Assembly (NCBI GenBank): GCA_038087875.1
Contig: CM075997.1
Location: 4,776,001-4,840,000, forward strand
Origin: Malacoraja senta
Lineage: Eukaryota
DNA: 64,000 nucleotides
Direction of reading: 5' to 3'
Part shown: in pieces, positions 63,396 to 64,000 of the stretch
Layout: every line of letters begins with the position of its first letter
Position numbering within the stretch: the stretch's first letter is position 1
Translations under genes and position numbers: made by a program
Notes under the pieces: model-generated
What the model was told of the DNA's origin: nothing
The model's input: only the letters and a program-made list of their open reading frames with translations
Databases searched by the model: none

Positions 63396-64000
63396 TGTGA
63401 ATGTGAGCTTTATCTCTGGTTGAGACATTAATCTAACAGTTGGAAATAAAAACAGCTCACGGCAGCTATTTGAAGACAAGCAAGGAGGTTTTCCGTAAAT
63501 TCCAGGAAACATTTATCGATTTTCAATTACCAAATTAATTAAGGATGTTGATGTACCTGAGATTCATCGGGTTCAGAAAAACGCACTGATACAGCCTTGT
63601 TCACAGGATGGGATCAATAGTGAAGTCACAGGAACTTCACTGCGATAAGATGATGGGAGGATCTTTGCGGGTGACGGGAAATGTAAGAATGATAATAGTG
63701 AGTTGAGGATTCATGAACCAGAGGTTTAAGGTGAGGGGGAAAGATTTAATAGGAACCTGAGGGGTAACTTTTTCACACAAAGGGTGGTAGGTATATGGAA
63801 CGAGCTGCCAGAGGAGGTAGTTGAGGCAGGGACTATGAAGAAGGGTCTCGACCCGAAAAGTCACCTATTCCTTCGCTCCATAGATGCTGCCTCACCCGCT
63901 GAGTTTCTCCAGCATTTTTTGTCTACCTACAACATTTAATAAGCTCTTTTAAAAGGGTGAGGAGGAACTTCTTTAGTCAGAGGGTAATAGGAACTCATTG

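Overview
Repeat-saturated vertebrate DNA, most likely intergenic or intronic sequence from a cartilaginous fish (skate/ray). The taxon is inferred from about 28 copies of a tRNA-headed V-domain SINE resembling elasmobranch HE1, whose tail is shared with CR1-clade LINEs. I could not support any host protein-coding exon, tRNA, rRNA or CRISPR array, and nearly all listed ORFs fall in transposon fragments or microsatellites. Retroelements: a 3.8-kb 5'-truncated L1-clade LINE with a 15-bp TSD, further L1 and Tx1 3' ends, many CR1 and Rex1/Babar 3' fragments, a Gypsy-like 3' end with LTR, and Penelope-like fragments. The Penelope terminal repeats carry minimal hammerhead-ribozyme motifs and often form fold-back hairpins. 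DNA transposons: two Tc1 (DD34E) copies, four PIF/Harbinger-type MITEs, two hAT-type MITEs (one with about 1.1 kb of cargo), and an unclassified TIR element with a 7-bp TSD. Several short repeat-free islands show Pbx-Hox plus Meis motif grammar and may be developmental enhancers. There is a 200-N assembly gap at 58449-58648. I see no convincing wholly new biological system; the best leads are transposon-level and regulatory. Boundaries of degenerate repeats are approximate and were read by eye.
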